The notes below the pieces were generated by a model. The model was not told the origin of the DNA. It saw only the letters and a program-made list of their open reading frames with translations, and did not search any database. This document shows positions 9,886-21,233 of a DNA stretch of 53,189 nt, in pieces (the stretch's first letter is position 1; the number at the start of each line of letters is the position of its first letter). Origin of the DNA: Eubacteriales bacterium (lineage in GTDB: Bacteria; Bacillota; Clostridia; Oscillospirales; CAG-272); assembly GCA_045655765.1 (NCBI GenBank), contig JAZOQA010000014.1, positions 1 to 53,189 on the forward strand, written 5' to 3'. The position numbers and the translations under genes are program-made.

Positions 9886-10436
9886 AGTATTTTTCACTTT
9901 TAGAGGTGATTTCAGCCGTACCGCTTGCAATACTTCTCGGTCTTTTCGCTGCATTACTTAGGGTGCTTTTATTTGCTCTTGCTGCGGGAAGCCTCGGCTT
10001 TTTGGAAATTGGTACGTATTACAGGTGCAAAAGGGCAAAAATCAAATATAAATTTAAAACTAACCGACTCTCGGAGCTTGAAAAAACACGCCCGGGACTT
10101 ATAATTACAGAGGTTGTTTCTTGTATTTTAAACGTTTTTCTTTCACTGCTATTTTGTATTTTTTTATACGTCGTATCCGATGGGCTTGTGCGAGTATACA
10201 TATGCATTTTCTTCCTTTTAACGTACTATCTTTTTTACGTTTGGTTGAGAGTACCGCTCTCGAGCATCATTGGAGTTCCGACAGAGCTTTTTTGGCGTCC
10301 GATTTTCTTTATTGCTTACCTTATGATTATGGCAGCTAAAGGAGTAAAAGGGGTAAAGAAAAAAAGAGAAGTAAAAAAGAAAAGTAAAATACAGAAAGAA
10401 AACCATAATTTTCTTCATAAATCTGCGTGTAAGTGA
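9882..10436 (+). CDS. yabQ: Divergent YabQ-like spore cortex membrane protein
   Basis: Overlaps the yabP stop, is hydrophobic with a basic tail, and LYVVSDGLVRVY resembles the YabQ LY..N.G..R.Y motif. Confidence 0.55.
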   Translation: MKYFSLLEVISAVPLAILLGLFAALLRVLLFALAAGSLGFLEIGTYYRCKRAKIKYKFKTNRLSELEKTRPGLIITEVVSCILNVFLSLLFCIFLYVVSDGLVRVYICIFFLLTYYLFYVWLRVPLSSIIGVPTELFWRPIFFIAYLMIMAAKGVKGVKKKREVKKKSKIQKENHNFLHKSACK

Positions 10437-10447
10437 GTATATATTTC

Positions 10448-10476
10448 TTGACAAAGTTACCTAATAATGATAAAAT
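10448..10476 (+). promoter_or_regulatory. SigA-type promoter of the glg operon
   Basis: TTGACA-17 nt-TAAAAT with extended TG. Confidence 0.65.
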
Positions 10477-10571
10477 AAATATAGAAGATGGTTTTTCAGC
10501 AAGTACGTTGAATTTCGACATACAAGATATGTTAAAATAAGGGTATAATCACAAAAAGGGAGGATTTCAAA

Positions 10572-12464
10572 ATGAGCATCGATAATCACGCAAGCTTTTA
10601 TTTTCACCAAGGTACTAATTTTGAGTCCTACAAGTATCTCGGCTGCACTAAGTACGACGGCGGATATGCTTTCAGAGTATGGGCACCGAATGCAGACGGC
10701 GTTGCTTTGATTTCCGATTTTACAGGCTGGGATACCCCGGTGCCTCTTTTGAAAAATTCCGACGACGGTGTTTTTGAGCTTTATTACCAAACAGATAAAT
10801 GTCTTGAGAAGCAGGCGTACAAATTCCGTATTTATTCAAAAAACCGCATTTTTGACAAAGGTGATCCTTACGCTCGTTTTTCAAGAGGAAAGGATGACGG
10901 AGCATCGCTCGTCTTCACCTCCGATACGTACTGCTGGCACGATGCGGCTTGGCTTAAGTCAAGAAAAAAGATTCTCGGTGGAAGACGGCATAATTATCTC
11001 GGCGTTCCCATCAACATATACGAGATGCATCTCGGCAGCTTTATGCGTAGGGAAGATAATTCTTATATGTCGTACCGAGAGCTTGCGGAAATCTTGCCGA
11101 AGTATCTTAAATATATGGGATATACTCACGTCGAATTTCTTCCTGTTATGGAGCATCCATTCGACGGCTCTTGGGGGTATCAGGTTTGTGCTTTTTTTGC
11201 TCCCACCTCTCGATACGGTGACCCTGATGATTTTCGCTTCCTTATAGATTCGCTTCACAGAGCGGGAATAGGTGTTATTCTCGACTGGGTCCCCGCTCAT
11301 TTTCCAAAGGATGCTTGGGGACTCTACGAATTTGACGGAACACGGCTTTATGAATATCAAGGGGAAGACCGTATGGAATCTCCGTCGTGGGGTACTCGCT
11401 TCTTTGATTTAGGCAGAGAAGAGGTACAGAGCTTTCTTATATCAAATGCTCTTTATTATTTTAAGGAGTTCCACGTGGATGGATTGAGAGTCGATGCCGT
11501 GGCGTCAATGATTTATCTTGACTACGACCGTGCTCCCGGAGAATGGATACCAAACAGTAAGGGCACGAACGAGAATATAGAGGGAACAGCCTTTATAAAA
11601 AAGCTCAACTGTGAGATTTTCAGCCGTTTTCCCGACGTTTTAATGATAGCGGAGGAGTCGGCGGCATTCGGAGGCATAACCCGTCCCGTACACGAGGGCG
11701 GTCTTGGCTTTAATCTCAAATGGAATATGGGATTTGCTAACGATATCTACGATTATCTTGCGCTCGATCCTGTATTTCGTAAATATCATCACAAGGCACT
11801 TAATTTCCCTATTATGTATGCCTTTTCGGAGAATTACTGCCTCCCGATTTCCCACGACGAGGTTGTACACGGCAAAAAATCATTTGTAGACAAAATGTTT
11901 GGCTCGTATGAGGACAAGTTCTCATCTGCACGTGCGGCACTTTTGATGATTATGACATATCCCGGAAAGAAGCTCTTGTTTATGGGAACTGAATTCGCAC
12001 AATTCCGTGAATGGGACTATGAAAGCTCGCTTGAATGGTTTATGCTTGATTATCCTATGCACAGAGCATTCAGAGAGTACGTAAGAGCATTGTCTCACTT
12101 TTATCTTTCAAGAGAAGAGCTTTGGTGTTACGATTTTGACGGGCGAGGCTTTGAGTGGATTTACGCAGATGAATCCGAAAAGAATACTGTTGTATATAGG
12201 AGATTCTCAAATAAAGGCTCGCTTATAGTTGCAGTCAACTTTTCGGGAGCTGAGCAAACTGTTTCTATACCGCTTTCAAAAGGAAAGAGCGAGCTTGAAA
12301 CGGTATTCGAAAGCACAGACGGTGCTGTAAAAGCTACCAATACCAGAAGCATCGGATCCGATATATATAGCGACATCACTGTACAAGCTTTTTCTGCCGC
12401 AGTTTTTTGTGAAAAAAGCTCGGTAAATAAATACAAATTCAAGGAGAACGGTTATGTATTGTAA
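10572..12464 (+). CDS. glgB: 1,4-alpha-glucan branching enzyme
   Basis: [43 protein letters not shown] and [10 protein letters not shown]. Confidence 0.97.
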   Translation: MSIDNHASFYFHQGTNFESYKYLGCTKYDGGYAFRVWAPNADGVALISDFTGWDTPVPLLKNSDDGVFELYYQTDKCLEKQAYKFRIYSKNRIFDKGDPYARFSRGKDDGASLVFTSDTYCWHDAAWLKSRKKILGGRRHNYLGVPINIYEMHLGSFMRREDNSYMSYRELAEILPKYLKYMGYTHVEFLPVMEHPFDGSWGYQVCAFFAPTSRYGDPDDFRFLIDSLHRAGIGVILDWVPAHFPKDAWGLYEFDGTRLYEYQGEDRMESPSWGTRFFDLGREEVQSFLISNALYYFKEFHVDGLRVDAVASMIYLDYDRAPGEWIPNSKGTNENIEGTAFIKKLNCEIFSRFPDVLMIAEESAAFGGITRPVHEGGLGFNLKWNMGFANDIYDYLALDPVFRKYHHKALNFPIMYAFSENYCLPISHDEVVHGKKSFVDKMFGSYEDKFSSARAALLMIMTYPGKKLLFMGTEFAQFREWDYESSLEWFMLDYPMHRAFREYVRALSHFYLSREELWCYDFDGRGFEWIYADESEKNTVVYRRFSNKGSLIVAVNFSGAEQTVSIPLSKGKSELETVFESTDGAVKATNTRSIGSDIYSDITVQAFSAAVFCEKSSVNKYKFKENGYVL

Positions 12465-13617
12465 AAAGGAATGCATCGCAATGCTGTTAGCAGGAGGACA
12501 AGGCTCCAGACTCTATGACCTCACAAAGCAAACCGCAAAGCCCGCCGTAACGTTTGGAGGAAAGTATAAAATTATAGACTTCCCACTCTCAAACTGCATA
12601 AACTCGGGGATTGATACCGTGGGAGTTCTTACACAGTATCAGCCGCTTGCGTTAAACGAATATATAGGAAATGGTGCTCCTTGGGATCTTGACCGTCAGC
12701 GCGGAGGACTCTCGGTGCTTCCGCCTTATAAAGGATATAAAAATTCCGATTGGTATAAGGGAACGGCGAATGCTATTTATCAAAACATCACGTTCATAAA
12801 GCAATTCAGTCCCGAATACGTTCTTATACTTTCAGGCGACCATATTTACCGTATGGATTATTCTAAAATGCTTGAGCAACATAAAGCAACCGGTGCAGCT
12901 TGCACGTTGGCAACTATAACCGTACCTATTGAGGAAGCAAGCAGATTCGGTATTTGCAATACGAATAAGGATAATTCGATATACGAATTTGAAGAAAAGC
13001 CAAAGGTGCCTAAAAACAATCAGGCTTCTATGGGAATATACATTTTCACCACTAAAACACTCCTTGAGTATCTTGAAATTGACGAGGCTGACGAGACGAG
13101 CGAAAACGATTTTGGCAAGAACGTATTACCAAATCTTCTTCGCAACGGTGAAAAGATTTATGCTTATAATTTCACAGGCTATTGGAAGGACGTTGGAACG
13201 ATTTCTTCACTTTGGGAGTCCAATATGGACTTAATAGGTGATGAACCGAAGCTCAATATATCTGACAGAAATTTCAGAATATTCTCAAGAAATATGGCAC
13301 GTGCACCTCAATTCCTCGGTGAAAATGCCGTTATTTCCAATTCCTTGATTTCCGAGGGCTGTAAAATTTACGGCAAGGTCGAAAACTCTGTGCTCTCTGG
13401 CGGTGTCATTATCGAGGAGGGGGCTGTTGTTTGCGACTCGGTAATTATGGAGGACGTAACTGTGAAAAAGGGTGCTTGTGTCTACTCCTCAATCGTGGAC
13501 TCTGACAGCATCGTTCAATCGGGTGTCACGGTTGGAACCGAGGGTGCTGACAAAAATAATATCACGGTAATCGCAAAGGGAAGTCTCGTTGCGGAAAACA
13601 TCACCGCAGTACAATAA
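12454..13617 (+). CDS. glgC: Glucose-1-phosphate adenylyltransferase
   Basis: [35 protein letters not shown] and YWKDVGT. Confidence 0.97.
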   Translation: MYCKKECIAMLLAGGQGSRLYDLTKQTAKPAVTFGGKYKIIDFPLSNCINSGIDTVGVLTQYQPLALNEYIGNGAPWDLDRQRGGLSVLPPYKGYKNSDWYKGTANAIYQNITFIKQFSPEYVLILSGDHIYRMDYSKMLEQHKATGAACTLATITVPIEEASRFGICNTNKDNSIYEFEEKPKVPKNNQASMGIYIFTTKTLLEYLEIDEADETSENDFGKNVLPNLLRNGEKIYAYNFTGYWKDVGTISSLWESNMDLIGDEPKLNISDRNFRIFSRNMARAPQFLGENAVISNSLISEGCKIYGKVENSVLSGGVIIEEGAVVCDSVIMEDVTVKKGACVYSSIVDSDSIVQSGVTVGTEGADKNNITVIAKGSLVAENITAVQ

Positions 13618-13632
13618 GGAGGAATAAATATT

Positions 13633-14763
13633 ATGGCAAACAGTGCAGCAGGAATCATCTTTTCAAGCCTTAACGACAATACGCTTTCCCGCCTTACAGG
13701 CGACAGAACAGTAGCGGCAATCCCGTTTGCGTGCAGATACAGACTCGTTGATTTTTGTCTTTCAAATTTTGTCAATGCCGATATTTCAAATATAAATATC
13801 GTTGCAAACTATAATTATCGCTCCTTGATTGACCATATAGGAAGCGGTAAGGACTGGGACCTTGCGAGAAGAGAAAACAGCGTAAACGTTATTTCTCCGT
13901 TCAGCACAGCAGCCTCCGCATCGGCAAAAATGTTCTCTACTCATATGGAGGCGTTGGTTGCTATGAAGGACTATATATATGAGATGAAAGAGGATTACGT
14001 GGTTCTTATGGACTCCGACATTGTCCTAAACATCAATATATCCGACGTAATTTCCCAGCACGAAAAAACGGGTGCTGACGTAACAATAGTTACTACCAAG
14101 GCACCGAAGGACTTTTCATCTAAGCACCCTAAAATGATGCTCTCGTCCATTGCGGGAAAGATTACGGACGTTACGCTCTGTTCAAGCTATAATGAAAAGA
14201 ATCCGGAGCTTTCGCTTTACATCTTTGTTATGGCAACAAATTATTTGAAAAAGCTTATTGAAGAGTCCGAGGGATATAATTTAAACAGCCTTACCTCGCT
14301 TCTTTTGAAGAACTGCAAGAAATCAAACTACCGTACCTATAATTATAAGGGCTATGTAGCTCCTGTTTCGAGTTTTCTTGACTATTACAGACATTCTATG
14401 GATCTGTTGCGTGACACCAAGGCACGTGAATCGCTTCTGTGCAAAGTTGAAGCTCCTATATTTACAAGAGTTCACAACTCCGCCCCCACAACCTACAAAG
14501 CTTCTGCTAAAATTCAAAACTCAATGCTTGCAGATGAATGTAATATTGAAGGAACGGTCATAAACTCAGTGCTTTTCAGAGGCGTAACGGTTGCAAAGGG
14601 GGCAGTTGTTAAAAATTCTATACTGTTCCACGGCACGTACGTTGGAAAGAACGCCTCTCTCAACTGTATAGTTACAGACAAGGACGTGCACGTAAGCGAC
14701 GGTGTTACGCTCTCGGGTAATGACAATATGCCATTCTACGTACAAAAGTTCAGAAAGGTTTAA
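13633..14763 (+). CDS. glgD: ADP-glucose pyrophosphorylase regulatory subunit
   Basis: RTVAAIPFACRYRLVDF, SGKDWDLAR and a hexapeptide-repeat C-terminus; follows glgC. Confidence 0.94.
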   Translation: MANSAAGIIFSSLNDNTLSRLTGDRTVAAIPFACRYRLVDFCLSNFVNADISNINIVANYNYRSLIDHIGSGKDWDLARRENSVNVISPFSTAASASAKMFSTHMEALVAMKDYIYEMKEDYVVLMDSDIVLNINISDVISQHEKTGADVTIVTTKAPKDFSSKHPKMMLSSIAGKITDVTLCSSYNEKNPELSLYIFVMATNYLKKLIEESEGYNLNSLTSLLLKNCKKSNYRTYNYKGYVAPVSSFLDYYRHSMDLLRDTKARESLLCKVEAPIFTRVHNSAPTTYKASAKIQNSMLADECNIEGTVINSVLFRGVTVAKGAVVKNSILFHGTYVGKNASLNCIVTDKDVHVSDGVTLSGNDNMPFYVQKFRKV

Positions 14764-14797
14764 AATCTTTATCCGAGTAAGGAAAACGGAGGAAAAA

Positions 14798-16222
14798 ATG
14801 AAAATACTTTATGTCACAAGTGAGGCAAACCCCTTTGCCGCAAGCGGAGGTCTTGGAGATGTGCTTGGCGCACTCCCCGCCGCAATTTCAAGCGAGGGGG
14901 CAGAGGTATCGGTGATTATGCCTCTTTACTCAACGATGAAGCCGATATACAAAGAGAGCCTTATAAAGGTCGCTGACATCAGCTTCCACCTCTCTTGGAG
15001 AAATACTGGAGCTAGCATATATAAAACAGAAAAGAGCGGCTTGACCTATTTCTTTGTTGAAAATCATTATTATTTCGACAGATCAAGGCTTTACGGCGAA
15101 TATGACGACGGTGAGCGTTTTGCGTTCTTTTCTATGGCAGTCTTGGAATTTATCAAGCAAACTGCAAACATTCCCGATATAATTCACGCAAACGATTGGC
15201 AGACTGCACTTACTGTTGTTTATCTTAAAACTCTTTATTCAAAAGATAAGCTTCTGTCGGACATTAAGACGGTTTATACCGTTCATAATATTGAGTATCA
15301 AGGCAAATATGACCCTTATATACTCGGCGACGTCTTCTCGCTTGACCAGAGCTATTATCCCACGCTTGAATTTAACGGCTGTATAAATCTTATGAAGGGA
15401 GCTATTGTCTCTTCCGACTACGTAACGACGGTAAGCCCCAATTACGCATACGAGTTAAGGCACGAATTCTTTGCGTTCGGTCTGTCCCGTATAATAGAAA
15501 GTGTGTCGGATAAAATGTGCGGTGTAATAAACGGCATTGACTACTCGTATTTTTCTCCCGTGTCCGACGAGGATATTTTTAAGACCTATACCTTAAGGTC
15601 GAGAAAGAGTGGAAAGGCGGCGAATAAGGCCGCCTTGCAAAAGGCTCTTGCTTTACCCGAAAAGCCGGATGTGCCTATGATTGCAATGATTACAAGGCTT
15701 GCGGCAGGCAAGGGAATTGACCTCGTTCTTGCCGTGATTGACGAATTACTCCTTGAGGATGTTCAATTTGTAATTCTCGGCACGGGTGAATCCAAATACG
15801 AGGAAGCGTTCTTAGCACTTGAGAGGAAAAATCCCGAAAAGATGCGTGCACTTATAAAATTTGACCGTGCGCTTTCCAAGAAAATCTATGCGTCTGCCGA
15901 CATTTTTCTTATGCCCTCAAAGAGTGAGCCGTGCGGTCTTGCTCAAATGATTGCCTGCTCATACGGAACTATACCTGTTGTTCGTTCCGTTGGCGGTCTT
16001 TACGACTCAATCAAGCCCTATGGCGAGGAAAATTCAAACGGCTTCCGCTTCGATAATTACAACGCTCACGATATGCTTTTTGCTATAAAGAAAGCAACAG
16101 CCCTCTATTCAGATAAAAATGAGTGGGCTGCTCTGACAGGTAGAGCAATGTCGTCAGACTTTACCTGGAAGCGTTCTGCCGAGAAATATCTCGAGATTTA
16201 TGAAAAATTACTGAATTGGTAG
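14798..16222 (+). CDS. glgA: Glycogen synthase
   Basis: Start reassigned to ATG 14798 (GGAGG RBS). Motifs GGLGDV, HANDWQT, HNIEYQG and EPCGLAQ. Confidence 0.96.
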   Translation: MKILYVTSEANPFAASGGLGDVLGALPAAISSEGAEVSVIMPLYSTMKPIYKESLIKVADISFHLSWRNTGASIYKTEKSGLTYFFVENHYYFDRSRLYGEYDDGERFAFFSMAVLEFIKQTANIPDIIHANDWQTALTVVYLKTLYSKDKLLSDIKTVYTVHNIEYQGKYDPYILGDVFSLDQSYYPTLEFNGCINLMKGAIVSSDYVTTVSPNYAYELRHEFFAFGLSRIIESVSDKMCGVINGIDYSYFSPVSDEDIFKTYTLRSRKSGKAANKAALQKALALPEKPDVPMIAMITRLAAGKGIDLVLAVIDELLLEDVQFVILGTGESKYEEAFLALERKNPEKMRALIKFDRALSKKIYASADIFLMPSKSEPCGLAQMIACSYGTIPVVRSVGGLYDSIKPYGEENSNGFRFDNYNAHDMLFAIKKATALYSDKNEWAALTGRAMSSDFTWKRSAEKYLEIYEKLLNW

Positions 16223-16235
16223 GAAAATAATTAAA

Positions 16236-18704
16236 ATGTACAGCAAAGCAAACTCAAACCCTAAAACCGGTGAAAAGGAACAAATTACAAAGCAAGATTT
16301 ACGTGAAAGAATAGAATCAAAGCTCATAACAAAGGGAGTCACCGACCCTAAAAGTGCAGGCGATGAGGTGATATATCAGGCCACTGTTCAAGCTTTAAAG
16401 GACATTATGCTCGAATATCGCAACGATTTTAAAAAGCGTATAAAGACAAAAGACACGAAGAAGGTGTTCTATTTATGTATGGAATTCCTCGTCGGAAGAG
16501 CACTGAAAAACGATGCGGTTAATCTTGGAATTTACGATGAGCTGTGTTCGGTTCTCTCTGACTTTGGAACGAGCTTTGAAAAGGTTTATGCGTGTGAGGT
16601 TGACCCCGGACTTGGTAACGGAGGTCTTGGCAGACTTGCAGCTTGCTTTATGGATTCGCTCACAGCCCTGGATTATGCAGCAACGGGATATTCCTTACTC
16701 TATGAAAACGGTCTGTTTAAGCAAAAGATTGTTGACGGCGAGCAGATTGAACTTGCCGACGAATGGCTTACAAAGGGCGGCGTATGGCTTGTTCCTCATC
16801 CCGAAAGAAGCTTTAACGTCCGTCTTGGAGGTAAGATAGAGGAGAAGTGGGAAAACAATCGCCTCACCATTCAAAATTACGACTACGATGAGGTAAAGGC
16901 GATACCGTACGATTTGATGATACCGGGAACTGTAACCAATGCGGTGAACAAAATCACGCTTTGGCGAGCAAGACGTCCTTACAGCTCCGTTACCCCCTAT
17001 ACTACCCAAAGCTCATACGTACAAAGCCTTAATCAGACGGATTATACCGAGCAAATTACAAAGCAGCTGTATCCGCCGGACAATCACGATGAGGGCAAGC
17101 TCTTACGCTTGACACAGCAATATTTCCTTGTTTCGGCATCGCTTCAAAATATAATCAGCGACTATTTTGCCGAGCACGGTTCACTTCTGGGCTTTGAGGA
17201 CAAGGTTGCGATTCATATAAACGATACGCACCCCGCACTCTGTATACCAGAGCTTATGCGTATTCTTATGGACGTATATTCTTATTCGTGGGACGATGCT
17301 TGGAGCATTGTTGTGAAGACGGTTACGTACACCAACCATACAGTTTTGCCCGAGGCACTTGAATGCTGGAGAGTTGACCTGTTTTCAATGAAGCTGCCGA
17401 GAATATTTATGATAGTTTCGGAAATTAACAGACGCTTTACCACAGATCTTTGGAATCTTTATCCCGGAGATTGGGACAGAATTTCGAGAATGGCAATTAT
17501 CGCATACAATCAAGTAAGAATGGCGAATCTTTCCGTTGTTGGCTCGAATAAGGTCAACGGCGTTTCCAAGCTTCATAGCGATATCTTGAAGAAAACCGTT
17601 TTTCACGATTTTTATAAAATGACGCCTTGGAAATTCACCAACGTTACAAACGGCGTTGTGCATCGCAGGTGGCTGAATACGGCAAATCCGAGGCTTTCGG
17701 CTTTGCTTGACGAGCTTATAGGAAACGGCTTCAGAGAGGACGCATCGGAACTTATTAAGCTTAAGGATTTTGCCGATGATAAGGACGTTCTTTCTAAAAT
17801 TTCCGATATCAAGCACTTTAATAAGGAGACGTTTTCGTACTACGTGTATTCAAGGATGGGAAAGAGGATAGATTCCGAATCCGTCTTCGACGTGCAAATA
17901 AAGCGTATGCACGAATACAAGCGTCAGCTGCTTAATATTCTTAAAATTATTTCACTTTATAACGAAATTACCGAAAATCCGAATGCCGACATTCCTCCTC
18001 AGACGTTTATATTCGGCTGTAAAGCGGCTCCAGGCTATGCAATGGCAAAGAAGCTGATTAAACTCATTTGGTTCCTCTCCGAGGAGCTTGAAAGAAATCC
18101 GCTTACACGTGACCGACTCAAGGTTGTCTTTATGGAGGAATATAACGTATCCTTAGCAGAGGTACTTATTCCCTCAGCAGACATATCCGAGCAAATCTCG
18201 CTTGCAGGCAAGGAAGCCAGCGGAACAGGCTGTATGAAGCTGATGATGAACGGTGCTGTGACAGTCGGAACACTCGACGGTGCAAACGTTGAAATTTTCG
18301 ATGCCGTAGGCAAAGACAACATTTATATTTTCGGTCTTAACACGCACGAGGTGGATGAGCTTTGGCGTAACGGATACGTTTCGAGAAATTATTACCTCGG
18401 CTCTGAAAAGCTACGTCGGGTTGTAGACAGGCTTTATAGTCCTATCGGCGGCGAGGATTTCTCTCACATTGCAGAATATCTTGTTAACGGGGCTTATTCT
18501 GTGGCAGATCCCTTTATGTGCCTTGCAGACTTTGATTCTTACACCAATGTTTACAAATGTGCGATCAAGGACTATTCCGACAAGGAGAAGTGGGCGAGAA
18601 TGTCTCTTATGAACACTGCCACCTCGGGTATTTTCGCATCTGACAACAGTATCAGACATTACGCAGAGGAGATTTGGCAAACAAAGCCTGTAAATAAGAA
18701 ATAA
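16236..18704 (+). CDS. glgP: Glycogen/alpha-glucan phosphorylase
   Basis: GLGNGGLGRLAACF, INDTHP, YTNHT, KRMHEYKRQ and PLP motif EASGTGCMK. Confidence 0.96.
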   Translation: MYSKANSNPKTGEKEQITKQDLRERIESKLITKGVTDPKSAGDEVIYQATVQALKDIMLEYRNDFKKRIKTKDTKKVFYLCMEFLVGRALKNDAVNLGIYDELCSVLSDFGTSFEKVYACEVDPGLGNGGLGRLAACFMDSLTALDYAATGYSLLYENGLFKQKIVDGEQIELADEWLTKGGVWLVPHPERSFNVRLGGKIEEKWENNRLTIQNYDYDEVKAIPYDLMIPGTVTNAVNKITLWRARRPYSSVTPYTTQSSYVQSLNQTDYTEQITKQLYPPDNHDEGKLLRLTQQYFLVSASLQNIISDYFAEHGSLLGFEDKVAIHINDTHPALCIPELMRILMDVYSYSWDDAWSIVVKTVTYTNHTVLPEALECWRVDLFSMKLPRIFMIVSEINRRFTTDLWNLYPGDWDRISRMAIIAYNQVRMANLSVVGSNKVNGVSKLHSDILKKTVFHDFYKMTPWKFTNVTNGVVHRRWLNTANPRLSALLDELIGNGFREDASELIKLKDFADDKDVLSKISDIKHFNKETFSYYVYSRMGKRIDSESVFDVQIKRMHEYKRQLLNILKIISLYNEITENPNADIPPQTFIFGCKAAPGYAMAKKLIKLIWFLSEELERNPLTRDRLKVVFMEEYNVSLAEVLIPSADISEQISLAGKEASGTGCMKLMMNGAVTVGTLDGANVEIFDAVGKDNIYIFGLNTHEVDELWRNGYVSRNYYLGSEKLRRVVDRLYSPIGGEDFSHIAEYLVNGAYSVADPFMCLADFDSYTNVYKCAIKDYSDKEKWARMSLMNTATSGIFASDNSIRHYAEEIWQTKPVNKK

Positions 18705-18727
18705 GATAACTTTCAAAAGAGGATAAA

Positions 18728-20641
18728 TTGGAAAGACTTCATATCTCCCCGACAGAAATCTTGAAGGGGCAAAAAGGAAAAATCATTTATATACACAAGG
18801 ACGGACGGAACTGTTCGCCCGCCTTTGTGTATTCCGAGCGAGTGAAAATTGAATTTACCGTTCCTCGCACACTGGGTGCCGTTTCCTTAACCGTTTTGTT
18901 TTTACGTGGTAATGACGGGAGCGAATACGGACGCTTTGACGCCCCTCTTTTTGACACCAAGGGAGATTTTGACGTCTTTAAGCTTTCTTTTGATTTGCGT
19001 ATGCTTCCACGAGGTCTTTACTTCTGTAAATTGTTGTTTAGTACGCTCCAAGGCACACTTGGAGCAAAAAACGTAAGTGGGGAGCTTGAATTTTCGTTTT
19101 CGTGTGATATAAGCTTTCAGCTCTCTGTTTCGGATTTTAAGAGTGAGACCTTAAGCACATATCTTGGCGGTACAATTTATCATATTTTTGTTGATAGATT
19201 TTCTAAGGACGACAATTTAAAGCCGAAAAAAGGAGCGATTATTCCGGACGATTGGACGGTTGTTCCCGAGTATCCCGAATATCCGGGTGCATTTTTGAAG
19301 AACAACACCTTTTACGGCGGAACGCTCTATTCTGCTGCGAAACGTCTCGATTATATCCGTTCTCTCGGTGTAAATCTTGTTTATTTAAGTCCCGTTTTCG
19401 AGTCCCCCTCAAATCATAAATATGACACTGCCGATTATATGAGGGTCGATTCAATGTTCGGCGGCGACGATGCACTTGAATTTTTTATTTTGGAAGCGAA
19501 AAAGAGGGGAATAGGTGTGATTCTTGACGGTGTATTCAATCACACAGGTGCGGATAGCGTTTATTTTAACCGCTACGGTACTTACCCCACCGTCGGTGCC
19601 TTTCAGTCAAAGGACTCTCCGTATTACAATTGGTATAATTTCAAAAATCACCCCAACGATTATGAAGCTTGGTGGGGAATTGAAATTTTACCGAGAATAA
19701 ATACGGGGAATGAGAGCTTTGAGAAATTTATTCTTGAAAGCGTTATTAAAAAATATCGCAAAATGGGTATATGTGGATTACGGCTTGACGTTGTCGACGA
19801 GCTTTCGGATAGCTTCATTTCAAAAATAAAAGCTGCCATAAATGATGGCGGTGAGGGACTTCTTTACGGAGAGGTATGGGAGGACGCATCCAACAAAATT
19901 GCTTACGACAAGCGAAAAAGCTACTATCTCGGCGACGAGCTGGACGGTGTTATGAATTATCCCTTACGTGCGGGAATTATTGACTATATAACAACCTTTA
20001 GCACAAAGACTTTAAAATATGCTCTTACAGACATTATTGCAAACGCTCCGAAAAGAATCAGAGATATGCAAATGAACCTGCTCGGAACTCACGACACTGT
20101 GAGAATTCTTACCGCCCTTGGTGGCGTTAGCAAAGACGGCTTTACAAACGAGCAGCTCGCAAGATGCAGAATGACAAAAGAACAACGCACAAGGGCAGAG
20201 GCATCACTTCTTTCAGCATACACAATTCTTGCAACTCTGCCCGGTCTGCCGACGATTTTTTACGGTGACGAAGCTGGACTTGAGGGTTACAGTGACCCGT
20301 TCAACAGGATGCCATATCCAAAAGAAATTAGCTATAAAATTTTAAATCATTACCAAAAAATAGGGCAGATTAGAAACAATAACTCTGTTTACAAAAATGG
20401 TAGCTTTGAGCTTTTATACCTTGATGAAGATATTCTTGCTTTTTTAAGATATATAAACGATCAGGCTTATTTAACCGTTTATAACAATTCAACTCACAAT
20501 TTCAATATAAAATTTCCGACTGAATCACAAGAGCTGATATATGACGAAAAAGGAAAGCAACACGTTATTCCCTCACGTTGTGCGAGAATTTTCAGAAGCA
20601 AAAAACAAGCAATTTATCAATTAGAGTTAAAGGAAATTTAA
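18728..20641 (+). CDS. GH13 glycosidase (neopullulanase/amylopullulanase-like), probable glycogen-degrading enzyme
   Basis: YHIFVDRF, SNHKYDTADY, LDGVFNHTG, GLRLDVVDE, GEVWEDAS, LGTHDT and YGDEAG. Confidence 0.9.
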   Translation: MERLHISPTEILKGQKGKIIYIHKDGRNCSPAFVYSERVKIEFTVPRTLGAVSLTVLFLRGNDGSEYGRFDAPLFDTKGDFDVFKLSFDLRMLPRGLYFCKLLFSTLQGTLGAKNVSGELEFSFSCDISFQLSVSDFKSETLSTYLGGTIYHIFVDRFSKDDNLKPKKGAIIPDDWTVVPEYPEYPGAFLKNNTFYGGTLYSAAKRLDYIRSLGVNLVYLSPVFESPSNHKYDTADYMRVDSMFGGDDALEFFILEAKKRGIGVILDGVFNHTGADSVYFNRYGTYPTVGAFQSKDSPYYNWYNFKNHPNDYEAWWGIEILPRINTGNESFEKFILESVIKKYRKMGICGLRLDVVDELSDSFISKIKAAINDGGEGLLYGEVWEDASNKIAYDKRKSYYLGDELDGVMNYPLRAGIIDYITTFSTKTLKYALTDIIANAPKRIRDMQMNLLGTHDTVRILTALGGVSKDGFTNEQLARCRMTKEQRTRAEASLLSAYTILATLPGLPTIFYGDEAGLEGYSDPFNRMPYPKEISYKILNHYQKIGQIRNNNSVYKNGSFELLYLDEDILAFLRYINDQAYLTVYNNSTHNFNIKFPTESQELIYDEKGKQHVIPSRCARIFRSKKQAIYQLELKEI

Positions 20642-20664
20642 AAGAGGCCAAAGAGAGAGAGATT

Positions 20665-21162
20665 ATGACAATTACACTTATAGGAATGCCTGCGTCAGGA
20701 AAATCGTGTATGGGTAGAGCATTAGCTAACAAGCTTAAAACTAAAAATTTAGATACCGACCGTCTTATTGAGAAAAACACGGGAAGACGTCTTCAGACTA
20801 TCATTGACGAGGACGGGCTTGATGCATTTAAGTCTCTTGAAGAAAAAACCCTTCTTACCTTGTTAGACGAAGGATACGTGGTTTCCACGGGCGGAAGTGC
20901 AGTTTACTACGAAAGTGCAATGAAGCATTTGAAAAGCCTTGGCCCGGTTGTGTATCTGTACGTCAGCTTTGAAACTATGAAGAAGCGACTCGGAGACTTT
21001 TCCAAACGAGGTGTGGTTTTAAAAGAGGGGCAAACCTTAAAGGACCTTTATGACGAAAGGGCAAAGCTTTATGAAAAATATGCCGATATAACGATAAATT
21101 GTGATGGGGTGTCATATCCACGTTATCAAGCACAGCTGTTAGATGAGATCTCAAAGCTATAA
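20665..21162 (+). CDS. aroK: Shikimate kinase
   Basis: Start reassigned to ATG 20665. Motifs LIGMPASGKS, DTD..IE, STGGS and R..LYEKYAD. Confidence 0.9.
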   Translation: MTITLIGMPASGKSCMGRALANKLKTKNLDTDRLIEKNTGRRLQTIIDEDGLDAFKSLEEKTLLTLLDEGYVVSTGGSAVYYESAMKHLKSLGPVVYLYVSFETMKKRLGDFSKRGVVLKEGQTLKDLYDERAKLYEKYADITINCDGVSYPRYQAQLLDEISKL

Positions 21163-21169
21163 AAATAAG

Positions 21170-21232
21170 AAAAGCCGAGGCGGTAAACAATCCTTCTGTG
21201 AAAGAGAGATTAGTGTTCCGCATCGGCTTTTT
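21170..21232. terminator. Long bidirectional terminator hairpin between convergent aroK and cysteine desulfurase genes
   Basis: AAAAGCCGA-G-GCGG / CCGC-A-TCGGCTTTT with further inner pairing, flanked by A- and T-tracts. Confidence 0.7.
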
Positions 21233-21233
21233 A

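Noticed and set aside
14702-14797. N-terminal extensions in the ORF track (glgA; likewise aroK, comF, rplK, acpP, nfeD, rrf2, GNAT, spoIIID)
   Set aside because: Downstream ATGs match the family N-termini and most have a proper SD sequence.
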